Assembly (NCBI GenBank): GCA_013335095.1 | Contig: JAAXWF010000003.1 | Location: forward strand, 69,960 to 133,959 | DNA length: 64,000 bases | Direction: 5' to 3' | DNA from: a candidate division WWE3 bacterium | GTDB taxonomy: Bacteria > Patescibacteriota > 4484-211 > GCA-002791395 | Part shown: in pieces, positions 29,538 to 40,208 of the stretch | How the letters are laid out: each line of letters starts with the position of its first letter | How positions within the stretch are numbered: the first letter of the stretch is position 1 | Notes under the pieces: model-generated | The model's input: only the letters and a program-made list of their open reading frames with translations | Database searches by the model: none | Told to the model about the DNA's origin: nothing | Position numbers and translations under genes: made by a program

Positions 29538-30569
29538 ATGGACAAGTTTTTTGGGATCTTATTACTTTCTTCATCATTTACCGCATTACTCATGGTTCCC
29601 TTTATCAATTTATTGTATTTTCTAAAGTTTCGTACGCCTCAGGTTGAAAGCGTTGATTCACTTGGGCGCAAAACCCCGTTTAATAAATTAATGGGAAACA
29701 AGGTCGGGACGCCGACCGGTGGGGGAGTCCTTTTGATAACTTCTACATTTTTATTCACCTTAATCTTTTATGGATTAACCCAATTTTCACTAAACTGGAC
29801 GGCATGGATTCTGTTTGCCACATTGTTTTTATTTGGAATGCTTGGGCTCTACGACGACTGGTTAAAGTTTTTTGGTGTTAAAGAAAAGAAAGCATGGTTA
29901 TTCGATTTTAAATATAAGTTATTTGTACAGATTTTATTTGGAATAATCGTTTCTTCACTTTTGTATTACAAAATGGGATTACATTTAATTTCAATACCTG
30001 TAATTACCGCACTGACGAGTTTTCGTTTAGAGCTCGGGTGGTGGTTTATTCCAATTGCCGCATTCATAATTATTTCTACGAGCAATGCGTTTAATATTGC
30101 CGACGGACTAGACGGCTTATCAGCTGGCCTTTTAGTTATTGCTCTCAGTGCTTTTTGGGCTCTCACTGGTTATTCTTCGTATGGTGGGGATGTCAGTTTA
30201 TTTATTGCAACTATAATTGGAGCGTTATTAGTATATCTTTATTTCAATATTTTTCCTGCGCGTATTTTTTATGGAGATACAGCCGCGTTAGCATTTGGAG
30301 CGGTGCTCGCGGTAATTGCATTGATACTCGATCAAGCGCTAGTCTTACCAATTATCGGAGGTATGTTCGTTGTCGAAGGTGCGTCGAGCTTAATTCAGAT
30401 GTTATCGTTTAAGTTTCGAAACGGTAAACGTGTCTTTAAGATCGCCCCATTGCATCATCATTTTCAAGTAATCGGATGGGAAGAGACAAAAGTGACGATG
30501 AGGTTCTGGTTATTCGGTATTGTATTGGCATTCGCCGGACTCTTTTTAGCTACGTTTGGACTTGGTTAA
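29538..30569 (+). CDS. mraY: phospho-N-acetylmuramoyl-pentapeptide transferase
   Basis: MraY signatures incl. NKVGTPTGGG and C-terminal HHHFQ. Confidence 0.85.
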   Translation: MDKFFGILLLSSSFTALLMVPFINLLYFLKFRTPQVESVDSLGRKTPFNKLMGNKVGTPTGGGVLLITSTFLFTLIFYGLTQFSLNWTAWILFATLFLFGMLGLYDDWLKFFGVKEKKAWLFDFKYKLFVQILFGIIVSSLLYYKMGLHLISIPVITALTSFRLELGWWFIPIAAFIIISTSNAFNIADGLDGLSAGLLVIALSAFWALTGYSSYGGDVSLFIATIIGALLVYLYFNIFPARIFYGDTAALAFGAVLAVIALILDQALVLPIIGGMFVVEGASSLIQMLSFKFRNGKRVFKIAPLHHHFQVIGWEETKVTMRFWLFGIVLAFAGLFLATFGLG

Positions 30570-30646
30570 ATATTTCATGATCAATCTAATACTGCCCCAA
30601 TATGTTTTATCCATGAATCGATTAGTATTATGCTTAGGAGGATACT

Positions 30647-31849
30647 GTGCCGATTAAGAATAAAAAGAAACCCGCCAGTGTTGCTCGAACAAAAAGTAGG
30701 CTAAGGCTAAACTATGACGATGTTCCTGTTATTGATTATGTGTTGGCAGGTGTGATTGTTTTATTGACATTATTTGGTGTCGTGATGGTCTATAATACCA
30801 GCATAATTTTAGCGTTTGAACAATTTGGTGATAAATATTGGTTTTTAAAAAACCAAGCTATGTGGGCTATTCTTGGTTTAACCGGTGGTTTATTTACCAG
30901 CATGATAGATTATCGCGTTTGGCGTAAATTCGCTTTTCCTTTGGTTGTTATTACGATTGTTATGTTGATATTGGTTTTAGTGCCGGGGCTTTCAAATGAA
31001 GTCTATGGAGCAAAGCAACGATTGATTATTCCAGGAGGGCTACCATTTTTGAAACATATTTTTATTCAGCCCTCAGAAGTGGCAAAACTGACCCTAATAA
31101 TGTATTTGGGAAGTCTACTTGCAAAATATAATGAGCAAAAAAAACACGAATTCCCTCATGCCCAGTTTTGGATAATTACATCGATTATTCTAGGTTTAAC
31201 AGCTATCGAGCCCGATTTAGGTAATGCAATTTTAATAATGGGAGGAGCATTCGCCGTATATTTTGTGTCCGGGGCTCCGCTTCTGTATATTCTTAGTTTA
31301 GTTGCTGTGGGAGGGCTTGCCGCACTGGGTTATGCCTTTTCAAGCGAATATCGTCGTCAGCGCCTCTTTACGTTTCTTGATCCCAACAACGATCCTCAGG
31401 GTGTGTCATACCATGTTACCCAGATATTAATAGCGCTTGGTTCAGGTGGTTTCTTTGGATTGGGTCTAGGGAATTCGAGACAAAAGCATCAATATATCCC
31501 AGAAGTGCCAACAGATTCGATTTTTGCCATAATCGGTGAAGAACTTGGCTTTGTCGGAGCCTGTCTTGTTATTTCTGCATTGATCTTTATTATTTGGCGG
31601 GGGATTAAAATTGCATTCGCATGCGAGGATACTTTTGGTAGATTGCTTGCCATCGGTATTATTACAAATATTGCACTACAAACTGTAGTTAACTTAGGCG
31701 GAATGGTCGGAATTATGCCGCTTACGGGCGTTCCATTGCCGTTTATTAGTTATGGCGGATCTTCGTTAACCTTAATGTTGGTCTCAATCGGAATCCTGCT
31801 CAATATTTCAAAATCAACAACGGTACGTTCGGTAAAAAGTCAAAAGTAA
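30647..31849 (+). CDS. ftsW: SEDS-family peptidoglycan polymerase FtsW/RodA
   Basis: 10 TM helices and conserved SEDS C-terminal region (…MPLTGVPLPFISYGGSS). Confidence 0.8.
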   Translation: MPIKNKKKPASVARTKSRLRLNYDDVPVIDYVLAGVIVLLTLFGVVMVYNTSIILAFEQFGDKYWFLKNQAMWAILGLTGGLFTSMIDYRVWRKFAFPLVVITIVMLILVLVPGLSNEVYGAKQRLIIPGGLPFLKHIFIQPSEVAKLTLIMYLGSLLAKYNEQKKHEFPHAQFWIITSIILGLTAIEPDLGNAILIMGGAFAVYFVSGAPLLYILSLVAVGGLAALGYAFSSEYRRQRLFTFLDPNNDPQGVSYHVTQILIALGSGGFFGLGLGNSRQKHQYIPEVPTDSIFAIIGEELGFVGACLVISALIFIIWRGIKIAFACEDTFGRLLAIGIITNIALQTVVNLGGMVGIMPLTGVPLPFISYGGSSLTLMLVSIGILLNISKSTTVRSVKSQK

Positions 31850-31908
31850 TTCAACAATAACACACGTTTTTTCCAGTGATTGGCATCCTACTGTGGTATA
31901 AAAGTAGG

Positions 31909-33042
31909 ATGGATTCATTGTTACCAACGATTGCTTTTACTGGAGGACATCACAATTCAGCCTTATCTGTTGCTGTTGAGGTTGAAAAAAGAAAGCTCGC
32001 AAAAGTTATCTGGTTTGGACATAAGTTTACGATGCTCGGGGATACAAAACCGTCTGCTGAGTTTACCGAAGTTACTAAAAATAATATTCCTTTTTATGAT
32101 ATTAAAGCGGGTAAAGTTTATAAGACATTTAATTTAATCCATTGGTTACGCTTACCATTTGGTTTTTTTCAATCCTACTGGTATCTGATGCGGGTTCGTC
32201 CCGCACTGGTGGTGAGCTTTGGAGGCTATTTAGCAGCTCCAGTTGTTTTGGCTGCTTGGTTACAAGGTATTCCATCGGTTACCCATGAACAGACCTCAGT
32301 CGTTGGTTTATCTAATCGATTCATTTCTCTATTTGTTAAAAAGATATTTATCACTTGGCCGCAGTCAAAGCAGTATTTTGATAGCGAGAAGACTGTGGTA
32401 ACTGGGTTACCCTTGCGCGAAAATATTTTTACTACACAGACTAGCGAAAAACTATTCAACAACTCTCTTCCGGTAATTTATGTAACCGGCGGTAAACAAG
32501 GAAGTCACGTCATTAATATGGCAATTCGTGATGTCTTACCTCGACTGTTAGAATTTGCGAATGTTATTCACCAGTCGGGAGCGACTACCGTCACTAATGA
32601 CTTTGAAGCATTAGCTGAGATTCGAAAACGACTTCCTGATAATCTACGTGATCGATATCTGTTGTTTCCATATATTTACCAGGATCAAATAGGTAATATC
32701 TTTTCACAAACTGATTTGATTATTGCTCGGGCAGGTGCTCATACCGTGTATGAAGTCGCCGCATTGGGAATGCCCGCGTTGTTTATTCCAATCCCTTGGG
32801 TTTCTCATAATGAGCAATATAAAAATGCGCGTATGCTCGTAAATAAAGGGTCGGCAATAATTGTGCCTGAAGATAGTCTAACGCCTCAGTCTCTTTTACA
32901 AGAGATAAAGCGTATGCTCGATCAAAAGGAACATTATCAAGAACACGCACACGAAGCAAAAACAAGTGTAATATTTAATGCAAAGGAGCGAATGGTTGAT
33001 GAATTGGCTGCCCTACTTTCAACAGAAACGAAAAAATATTAA
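31909..33042 (+). CDS. murG: undecaprenyldiphospho-muramoylpentapeptide beta-N-acetylglucosaminyltransferase
   Basis: FTGGHHNSAL motif (the G-loop GGTGGH of MurG) and C-terminal GT-B domain. Confidence 0.8.
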   Translation: MDSLLPTIAFTGGHHNSALSVAVEVEKRKLAKVIWFGHKFTMLGDTKPSAEFTEVTKNNIPFYDIKAGKVYKTFNLIHWLRLPFGFFQSYWYLMRVRPALVVSFGGYLAAPVVLAAWLQGIPSVTHEQTSVVGLSNRFISLFVKKIFITWPQSKQYFDSEKTVVTGLPLRENIFTTQTSEKLFNNSLPVIYVTGGKQGSHVINMAIRDVLPRLLEFANVIHQSGATTVTNDFEALAEIRKRLPDNLRDRYLLFPYIYQDQIGNIFSQTDLIIARAGAHTVYEVAALGMPALFIPIPWVSHNEQYKNARMLVNKGSAIIVPEDSLTPQSLLQEIKRMLDQKEHYQEHAHEAKTSVIFNAKERMVDELAALLSTETKKY

Positions 33043-33838
33043 AAAACGCCGAACTAATTCGGATCAAACTTATGCATGGTGGCGATCAAAATCCTTTAGT
33101 GGCGGAATCGTAACTGGCATTTTACTTATTAGTTTATTTGTACTGATAAAATCTGAAGTGTTATTGGTTAAACGTATTGATGTTAATATAACAAACTCTC
33201 GTTTTATTAAAAATCAGGATATAAATATTTATTTGGCCCCGTATATTCGAGAATCAATTTTTTCAATTCGCACTCACCAGATCGAACTCGATTTATTAAA
33301 AAAGTTTCCTCAATTACAAACTATAAACGTGACAAAAGTACTACCCGATACTATTCAAGTGACCGGTAAAGAATATGATATCGACGTTGTATTGAAAGTC
33401 GGGGATGTGCCCTATGTTGTTTCTCCTCAGGGGTATATTTTTGGCCAATTGCAACCAGACGAGATTGCAAATGTTGCAATTATTGAATTTAAGCAACTCG
33501 ATTTATTTAAAGATACTCAACAAATTGTGGGGCAATCAGTGCCTCAATCCACCCAAGATGATATTCAACAGATTCTTTCATATGATTGGTCTGCGCTTCA
33601 AATCAAGGTGAAAAGCATTTTTGTTTTTAATCAATATTACGAGTTGATTTGTAACTCACGTTTGGGCAATAATGGAGGCTCGGGGGAATCATCATTTGTG
33701 CTGCGGATTGGAGTAAAGAACTCTGTTACAGAGCTTTTTAAGCGTATGGAAGTAATCTTATCCTCAGCCGAAAAAGATAATCGTCGATTAGAACTTTTAG
33801 ATTTACGATTCCAAGCCCCTGTGGTAAGATTTAAATAG
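32978..33838 (+). CDS. ftsQ: cell division protein FtsQ/DivIB-like (TM + POTRA)
   Basis: Position between murG and ftsA. Single TM helix then POTRA-like region (LLVKRIDVNITNSRF…). Confidence 0.5.
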   Translation: MQRSEWLMNWLPYFQQKRKNIKKRRTNSDQTYAWWRSKSFSGGIVTGILLISLFVLIKSEVLLVKRIDVNITNSRFIKNQDINIYLAPYIRESIFSIRTHQIELDLLKKFPQLQTINVTKVLPDTIQVTGKEYDIDVVLKVGDVPYVVSPQGYIFGQLQPDEIANVAIIEFKQLDLFKDTQQIVGQSVPQSTQDDIQQILSYDWSALQIKVKSIFVFNQYYELICNSRLGNNGGSGESSFVLRIGVKNSVTELFKRMEVILSSAEKDNRRLELLDLRFQAPVVRFK

Positions 33839-33844
33839 CGAAAC

Positions 33845-35149
33845 ATGGCTAAAGAACAAATAATTTCCGCTATTGACGTAGGCTCGTCGAAGATCGTTTG
33901 CCTGATCGCTGAGATCCTTGAAGACAAGATCCAGATTATTGGCGTATCGACCCTCCCATCACGCGGCATAAAAAAAGGCGTTGTTGTAGATATTGATGAA
34001 GCTGTTGAGGTGCTCTCAGAAGGCATGGAAGCCGCTGAGCGCATGGCAGGTGTTTCAGTATCACGGGTGTGGGTAACGGTTAACGGGAGTCATATCTCTT
34101 CAGTTAATTCACAAGGTGTTGTGGCTGTCTCGGCACCTGATGGAGAGATTTCTGTATCCGATGTGAATCGTGTGACCGAGGCTGCTCGGGCTATTTCTAT
34201 GCCATCCTCACGCGAAATCATTCATGTGATACCACGTACCTTTATTGTCGATTCTCAGGAGGGGATTGATGATCCGGTAGGGATGAGCGGGGTACGTTTA
34301 CAAGTTGAAACACATATTGTTTCTGGTGCAACAACAAGTATGCGCAACTTGGTAAAGTGTATTCAACAGGTTGGTCTCGATGCAGAAAATTTAACCTTTA
34401 CTGGACTCGCTGCTTCGGAAAGCGTATTGTCAGAGACAGAAAAAGAATTAGGTGTTGTCGTTGCTGATATCGGTGGCGGAACGAGCAATATTTGTATATT
34501 TGTTGACGGCTCACCTGTTTACAGTAGTGTGTTAAAACTCGGCGGTAAAAATATTACCTCTGATATTGCGATCGGACTTCGTGTTTCTCTTGAAGAAGCC
34601 GAAGAGATTAAAAAGTACATGGGTGTGTATGAGGCAAAACTTGCACAAAAATCAAAAGCTGGCGGCGAGCGATCTTATTTTAGCGGAGCAACAACAAATA
34701 AAGATGACGAAGATATTGATATCTCATCGCTAGGATTACCGAATATTCAAAAAGTAAATCGAAAGTTTCTTATCGAAGGTATTATTCAACCCAGACTAGA
34801 AGAGATCGCTGATGAGATTCAACAAGAGATTAAAAAGAGTGGGTATGAAGGATTGATGCCTGCTGGTGTTGTTGTTGCAGGAGGCACTGCATTAACCGTT
34901 AGCTTGAAGGATACTTTTAGCATTGTGTTAAATCTTCCTGTCCGAATTGCTGAACCAACAGGTGTATCCGGATTAATTGATGAAGTGAATGGACCTGCGT
35001 TTGCTGCGAGTATCGGAGGTATTATTTATGCAGCAAAAAATAGCGTTGGCGGGGTAAGATCAATGGTTCCGAAATTTAAATTACCACTTGGAAGTGTCAA
35101 ATCCGCATTTGATCGGGTTGTACATATTTTTAAAGGATTCATGCCCTAA
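33845..35149 (+). CDS. ftsA: cell division protein FtsA
   Basis: Actin-fold N-terminus AIDVGSSKIVCLIAE and ADIGGGTSN phosphate-2 motif. Confidence 0.85.
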   Translation: MAKEQIISAIDVGSSKIVCLIAEILEDKIQIIGVSTLPSRGIKKGVVVDIDEAVEVLSEGMEAAERMAGVSVSRVWVTVNGSHISSVNSQGVVAVSAPDGEISVSDVNRVTEAARAISMPSSREIIHVIPRTFIVDSQEGIDDPVGMSGVRLQVETHIVSGATTSMRNLVKCIQQVGLDAENLTFTGLAASESVLSETEKELGVVVADIGGGTSNICIFVDGSPVYSSVLKLGGKNITSDIAIGLRVSLEEAEEIKKYMGVYEAKLAQKSKAGGERSYFSGATTNKDDEDIDISSLGLPNIQKVNRKFLIEGIIQPRLEEIADEIQQEIKKSGYEGLMPAGVVVAGGTALTVSLKDTFSIVLNLPVRIAEPTGVSGLIDEVNGPAFAASIGGIIYAAKNSVGGVRSMVPKFKLPLGSVKSAFDRVVHIFKGFMP

Positions 35150-35244
35150 GGCTTTATGAAAATCAGCGTGATGGTAAACTACTACCATTTGAAAATCATG
35201 TGTTATCATTGTCATCACAACTTACGAAAGGAGTTTTACGATAA

Positions 35245-36351
35245 ATGTTAATAAAACCAGAAGTCGAAAAATTTGCCAAAATAAAAGTCATCGGTGTTGG
35301 CGGAGGCGGCTCTAACGCTATTGCTACCATGATGGAAGAACAAAATATTCAAGGTGTAGATTTTATTGCGGTTAATACCGATGCTCAGCACCTCACCAGT
35401 TCTCCAGCGCCAATAAAAATTCAGATCGGTAAGGAATTAACTAAAGGTCTTGGTGCTGGTGGGAATCCCGAAATCGGGCGTCGTTCGGCTGAAGAGAATG
35501 CCGAATTAATTCATCAACATTTAGATGGTACTGATATGGTGTTTATTACCGCTGGCATGGGAGGCGGAACCGGATCGGGGGCCGCACCATTTATTGCTGA
35601 AGTTGCTAAAAAATTAGGGGCATTAACAGTTGGAGTTGTTACTAAACCATTTTCATTTGAAGGTTCACGTCGAATGATGAATGCAGAAGGATCTTTGAAT
35701 GAGTTGAAAGAACGCGTTGATGCGTTAATTACAATTCCAAATCAGCGTCTACTTGAAATTATAGAACCGGACCGACCGCTCCTTGATGCGTTTAAAGTAG
35801 CAGATTCGGTACTAGGACAATCAGTTCAAGGTATCTCAGACATTATCGTTCTTCCTGGTTTGATCAACCGAGATTTTGCTGATGTAAAAAGTATTATGGC
35901 GGATGCCGGAAGTGCGTTAATGGGCATTGGTTTCGGATCTGGTGAAGATCGAGCGGTTAAGGCGGCCAAAGAAGCCATTGAGAGTCCGCTTCTAGAAAGT
36001 TCAATCGAAGGCGCTAAAGGAATACTGTTTAATGTTATCGGTGATCACTCGCTAACTTTGGCCGAGGTTAACCAGGCTGCTGATGTTATTAGTAGTGCGG
36101 CTGATCCAGATGCCAATATAATCTTTGGTGCAGCAATTAATGAAGAACTAAAAGATCGGATTAAGATAACCGTAATCGCGACTGGATTTGATGAAAATCG
36201 TCAAAAACTTAAGCGTGGTATTACTTCCCAAGTAACTTCTCATGATACTCCGTCGTATTCTGAAGATTTTACGTATTCAAATAATCAAAACAATTCACAT
36301 GAAGATAAAGAAGAAGAATACGAAACCCCGGCATTTTTACGCCGAAGATAA
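35245..36351 (+). CDS. ftsZ: cell division GTPase FtsZ
   Basis: GVGGGGSNA and GGGTGSG tubulin signature. Confidence 0.9.
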   Translation: MLIKPEVEKFAKIKVIGVGGGGSNAIATMMEEQNIQGVDFIAVNTDAQHLTSSPAPIKIQIGKELTKGLGAGGNPEIGRRSAEENAELIHQHLDGTDMVFITAGMGGGTGSGAAPFIAEVAKKLGALTVGVVTKPFSFEGSRRMMNAEGSLNELKERVDALITIPNQRLLEIIEPDRPLLDAFKVADSVLGQSVQGISDIIVLPGLINRDFADVKSIMADAGSALMGIGFGSGEDRAVKAAKEAIESPLLESSIEGAKGILFNVIGDHSLTLAEVNQAADVISSAADPDANIIFGAAINEELKDRIKITVIATGFDENRQKLKRGITSQVTSHDTPSYSEDFTYSNNQNNSHEDKEEEYETPAFLRRR

Positions 36352-36352
36352 A

Positions 36353-36892
36353 TTATCCTTGATGTAGCCAGATTTGATCAGCATACCCCTCGAGCAAATT
36401 GATTTTTCTTGCTAATACAAACAATGCGTCCGAGAGGCGGTTAATGAATTTTAACTGTGTCGGGTTTAATTTATTAACATGATGAAGGGCTACCATATGG
36501 CGTTCGGCTGAACGGCATTGAGTTCGGGCTAGATGGCAGAAAGCCGCGGCTTTACTACCTCCAGGAATAATGAAATTGTGTAATGGAGGGAGTTTTTGTT
36601 CGTAATAATCAATCATTTTTTCAAGATTTTCGACTAATGATTCTGGGAAGGGTAAGTTTGCTCCAGCGATATTACTGCCAAGTGTAAATAGAATTTGCTG
36701 AATATTAAATAAAAGCTGGTTGATTTCATATGAGTGGGGGATGTCGACCAAGTGAGCACGCGTTATACCGATGACGACATTCAATTCGTCTATGGCACCG
36801 ATTAGTTGTGCTTTCCGATCATCCTTATTGATTCGCTCTCCGGTCGCCAGTGAGGTTCTTCCATTGTCTCCTTTTTTAGTATACAGCGACAT
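36353..36892 (-). CDS. ATP:cob(I)alamin adenosyltransferase, PduO type
   Basis: N-terminal YTKKGDNGRTSL motif. Sits next to the B12-dependent RNR. Confidence 0.65.
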   Translation of the reverse strand: MSLYTKKGDNGRTSLATGERINKDDRKAQLIGAIDELNVVIGITRAHLVDIPHSYEINQLLFNIQQILFTLGSNIAGANLPFPESLVENLEKMIDYYEQKLPPLHNFIIPGGSKAAAFCHLARTQCRSAERHMVALHHVNKLNPTQLKFINRLSDALFVLARKINLLEGYADQIWLHQG

Positions 36893-37057
36893 GTCGGCAT
36901 TATAACATGAATCAAGTGGCTTGAGCCTGATGCTAAAGGTAAATACTCTAGATTGGATACAGAAAGCCTAACCGTAATGTAGAAGTTTTTTATTAATGAT
37001 AAGAAGCAAAACACATCGTTGACATCAATGTCACACCGATTAAGATAGAGGGACATT

Positions 37058-39571
37058 ATGAGTTATTTAGATGAGTTCGATAAATTAGTAAAAGAGATTG
37101 TTAATGAGGATGCGTTGGAATTAAATAACACCTTTTCAGAGTTACCTGCTCGTATCTCCGAAATTGAATTATCCGAAAATGCTCGCGAGATTTTTAACCG
37201 TCGTTACCGTCGACGAGATCGTGAAGGTAATTATATGGAATCCATCGAAGAGGCGTTTCAACGTGTCGCCTCGCATGTTGCTGCCGGAGAAGATTCACCT
37301 GAAGCAAAAAATTATTATTCAACTATTTTTTATAATATCCTTGCTTCATTAGATTTTATTCCAAATTCACCAACCTGGACCGGAGCGGGGACTCCTCTTG
37401 GACAACTCGCGGCTTGCTTTGTGTTACCCATTGCCGATGACATGGGAAACGATCCTGATGGTATTTTTTCTACGTTACGTAATGCCGCATTAGTACAAAA
37501 AACTGGTGGCGGAAATGGATTTTCATTTTCTTCCCTGCGACCAAAAGGTGATGTGGTAAAGACCAGTATGGGACAAGCAACTGGACCGGTCGGATTTCTT
37601 GAAGTGTATGACGGTGCGTTTGGGGAGATTGCTCAAGGTGGGGTACGACGCGGAGCTAACATGGCTGTGCTTCGGGTTGATCATCCGGATATCCGTGAGT
37701 TTATTCAGTGCAAAGCTCAGGAAGGTAAAATCCAAAACTTTAATATTTCTGTTGCGATTACTGATGAATTCATGACCGCGGTTAAAAATGATACTGAATT
37801 TTCATTGCGCAATCCACGAAATGGGGAAGTCTGGGAGAACGTTCGTGCTCGTGAGTTATTCGATATGATCGTTGAATTTGCTCATCGCAATGGTGAGCCA
37901 GGTGTATTGTTTATTGACGAAGCGAATCGTTATAACCCCGTACCGAATCAGTATTCGCTTGAAGCAACTAATCCATGTGGCGAACAATGGCTAGGGCCAT
38001 ATGAAAATTGCTGTTTGGGTCATGTCAATTTATCAAATCACTTTCATGATGGAAATCTTGATTGGGATCGATTAGCTCAGACGGTCGAATGGTCGACACG
38101 TTTCTTGGATGATGTCGTCACCGTAAATGCATACGTGGATGCTGTTCCTCAACTTAAAGAAGCCGCGTACAAGAATCGCCGTATTGGCCTAGGATATACT
38201 GGTTTGGCTGATCTTATGTACAAAATGGATATCGCGTATGGAAGTGATGAAGGCGCAGAATTTGCCGCTCAAATTACTGAATTTGTCCGCTATCATTCAA
38301 TGCTCGCCAGCATCTCTTTAGCAAAAGAACGTGGGGCATTTCCTGGAATCTCAGGTAGCATCTATGATTTTGGTTCCATGACTTGGAAATCACCGGTGCC
38401 ATTTCGGGCATACTCGCGAGACTGGATGCGTCCCGAAGTAGACTGGACATTTGTTGTTGACGGTATTCGTGAATTTGGTATCCGCAATTCGACACAAATG
38501 ACCGTTGCACCGACTGGTACTGTTTCGACGATTGCCGGACTAGAAGGCTATGGTTGTGAACCGGTGTTTGCTCTGGCCTATTATCGAAACGTGTATCAAG
38601 CGGCTGGGCAAGATCAACGCTTAACCTTGAAATACATTAGTCCATTAATTAACCAACGATTAGATCAGCTCGATCTTACCCCTGAGCAAAAAGATCGGAT
38701 TATTGATGAAATTATTGAGAGGGGATCAGTGAGTGGTGTAGATGAGCTGCCAAAAAATATACGTGGAGTATTTAAAGTATCTGCTGATATTACTCCTGAA
38801 GAGCATGTATTAATGCAAGCAAGCATTCAGGCTTTTATTGATAATTCGATTTCAAAAACATGTAATTTCCCTGAATCAGCAACCAAAGAAGATGTTTACA
38901 AAGCATATTTTCAAGCTTGGGAAAGTAAGTGTAAAGGACTTACCGTTTATCGAACAGGTTCACGTATGGAAGTAGTGCTCGAAACTAAAGAAACTAAAGA
39001 TAAAAAGCAACAGGCAGAAACTCATCCAGTCGGATTTGTTGTTAGACCAAGACCAAGCGTATTGATGGGAGAAACTCGTAAATTAAACACACCTCTAGGA
39101 AACATGTATATGACAGTGAACCGGAATGATGATGGTGATTACCATGAGATTTTTATTAATCTAGGAAAAGCAGGTTCGGATATTCGGGCTGATGCCGAAG
39201 CTATGGGCAGACTTATTTCATTAATCTTCAGACTTGGGTCAGCGAATAATCAACAGAGAATGGCTGCCGTTATAGAAGAGCTTGAAGGAATCAGTAGCGG
39301 TATGTCTTCAGGGTTTGGGGAAGCTCGGATTCTTTCGATTCCCGATGCAATCGCCCTCGCTTTAAAACAGATCGATAATCCGGCCAATAGTGCAACTCAA
39401 ACAGAGATGCCGCTGTTTCCCGTAGCCGATAATGAGCCTCAAAAAACTTCTTCGCCAAAACAAAATAAAGAAATGTGCCCGTTTTGTGGTAATTATTCGG
39501 TGATTATGGTCGAAGGTTGTAAAAAATGTTCTGTTCAATTAGGCGGTTGCGGTGGATTTTCTGCGTGCTAA
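37058..39571 (+). CDS. nrdJ: adenosylcobalamin-dependent ribonucleotide reductase (class II)
   Basis: ATP-cone-like N-terminus, class II RNR core (…NPCGEQ…), C-terminal CxxC…CxxC zinc ribbon. Confidence 0.8.
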   Translation: MSYLDEFDKLVKEIVNEDALELNNTFSELPARISEIELSENAREIFNRRYRRRDREGNYMESIEEAFQRVASHVAAGEDSPEAKNYYSTIFYNILASLDFIPNSPTWTGAGTPLGQLAACFVLPIADDMGNDPDGIFSTLRNAALVQKTGGGNGFSFSSLRPKGDVVKTSMGQATGPVGFLEVYDGAFGEIAQGGVRRGANMAVLRVDHPDIREFIQCKAQEGKIQNFNISVAITDEFMTAVKNDTEFSLRNPRNGEVWENVRARELFDMIVEFAHRNGEPGVLFIDEANRYNPVPNQYSLEATNPCGEQWLGPYENCCLGHVNLSNHFHDGNLDWDRLAQTVEWSTRFLDDVVTVNAYVDAVPQLKEAAYKNRRIGLGYTGLADLMYKMDIAYGSDEGAEFAAQITEFVRYHSMLASISLAKERGAFPGISGSIYDFGSMTWKSPVPFRAYSRDWMRPEVDWTFVVDGIREFGIRNSTQMTVAPTGTVSTIAGLEGYGCEPVFALAYYRNVYQAAGQDQRLTLKYISPLINQRLDQLDLTPEQKDRIIDEIIERGSVSGVDELPKNIRGVFKVSADITPEEHVLMQASIQAFIDNSISKTCNFPESATKEDVYKAYFQAWESKCKGLTVYRTGSRMEVVLETKETKDKKQQAETHPVGFVVRPRPSVLMGETRKLNTPLGNMYMTVNRNDDGDYHEIFINLGKAGSDIRADAEAMGRLISLIFRLGSANNQQRMAAVIEELEGISSGMSSGFGEARILSIPDAIALALKQIDNPANSATQTEMPLFPVADNEPQKTSSPKQNKEMCPFCGNYSVIMVEGCKKCSVQLGGCGGFSAC

Positions 39572-39632
39572 TTCATAATTTTTTATTATTGCCGTAAATG
39601 AGTACTATTCATTATAGTATTAGCATCTCGTT

Positions 39633-40208
39633 ATGAAATTAAACTATCGAACTGCAGCAATCTTCGGCGTATTTCTCGTAAGCATATTAATACTAAGTAT
39701 TGGAATATTATTGAAACTAACGCCACAAGATAAGGCGACTCTAAATACTGTCAACATCACCACATTTACTCGTACATATGATGCATATACAAAGCCTAAT
39801 TTAGATTTAGTTTCGATCACACCGACCCCATTACCTGGTGGAAAACCGTGGTGGCTTCAATCATCTGATCAACCTATTAATGACACTGTTGCATTTGGTC
39901 GTAATCTAGGAACAATGATTTTTGATATTCGTTCAAAAAGCGATTTCGATGCAGATCATCTATCCGGGGCGTTTAGTTTACCTTTTGATGTTATTGTTTC
40001 GGGTACATATTCTATTCCATTATCTGCCGAAGTTATCATGTACGGTGACCGAATCACTTCGGATCAAAAGAATATAATTTCAGAGGCACTATTTTCGAAA
40101 GGGATACGCTCTGCTCAAATAATTGATTCATCGTATTCGGAATTAACCAGCATATTACCCCATGAACCTACAAAAGAAACATTTAAAGAAGATGATACAC
40201 ATGAATAA
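39633..40208 (+). CDS. membrane-anchored rhodanese-like domain protein
   Basis: N-terminal TM helix. Region DIRSKSDFDADHLSGAFSLP resembles a rhodanese active-site neighbourhood. Confidence 0.35.
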   Translation: MKLNYRTAAIFGVFLVSILILSIGILLKLTPQDKATLNTVNITTFTRTYDAYTKPNLDLVSITPTPLPGGKPWWLQSSDQPINDTVAFGRNLGTMIFDIRSKSDFDADHLSGAFSLPFDVIVSGTYSIPLSAEVIMYGDRITSDQKNIISEALFSKGIRSAQIIDSSYSELTSILPHEPTKETFKEDDTHE

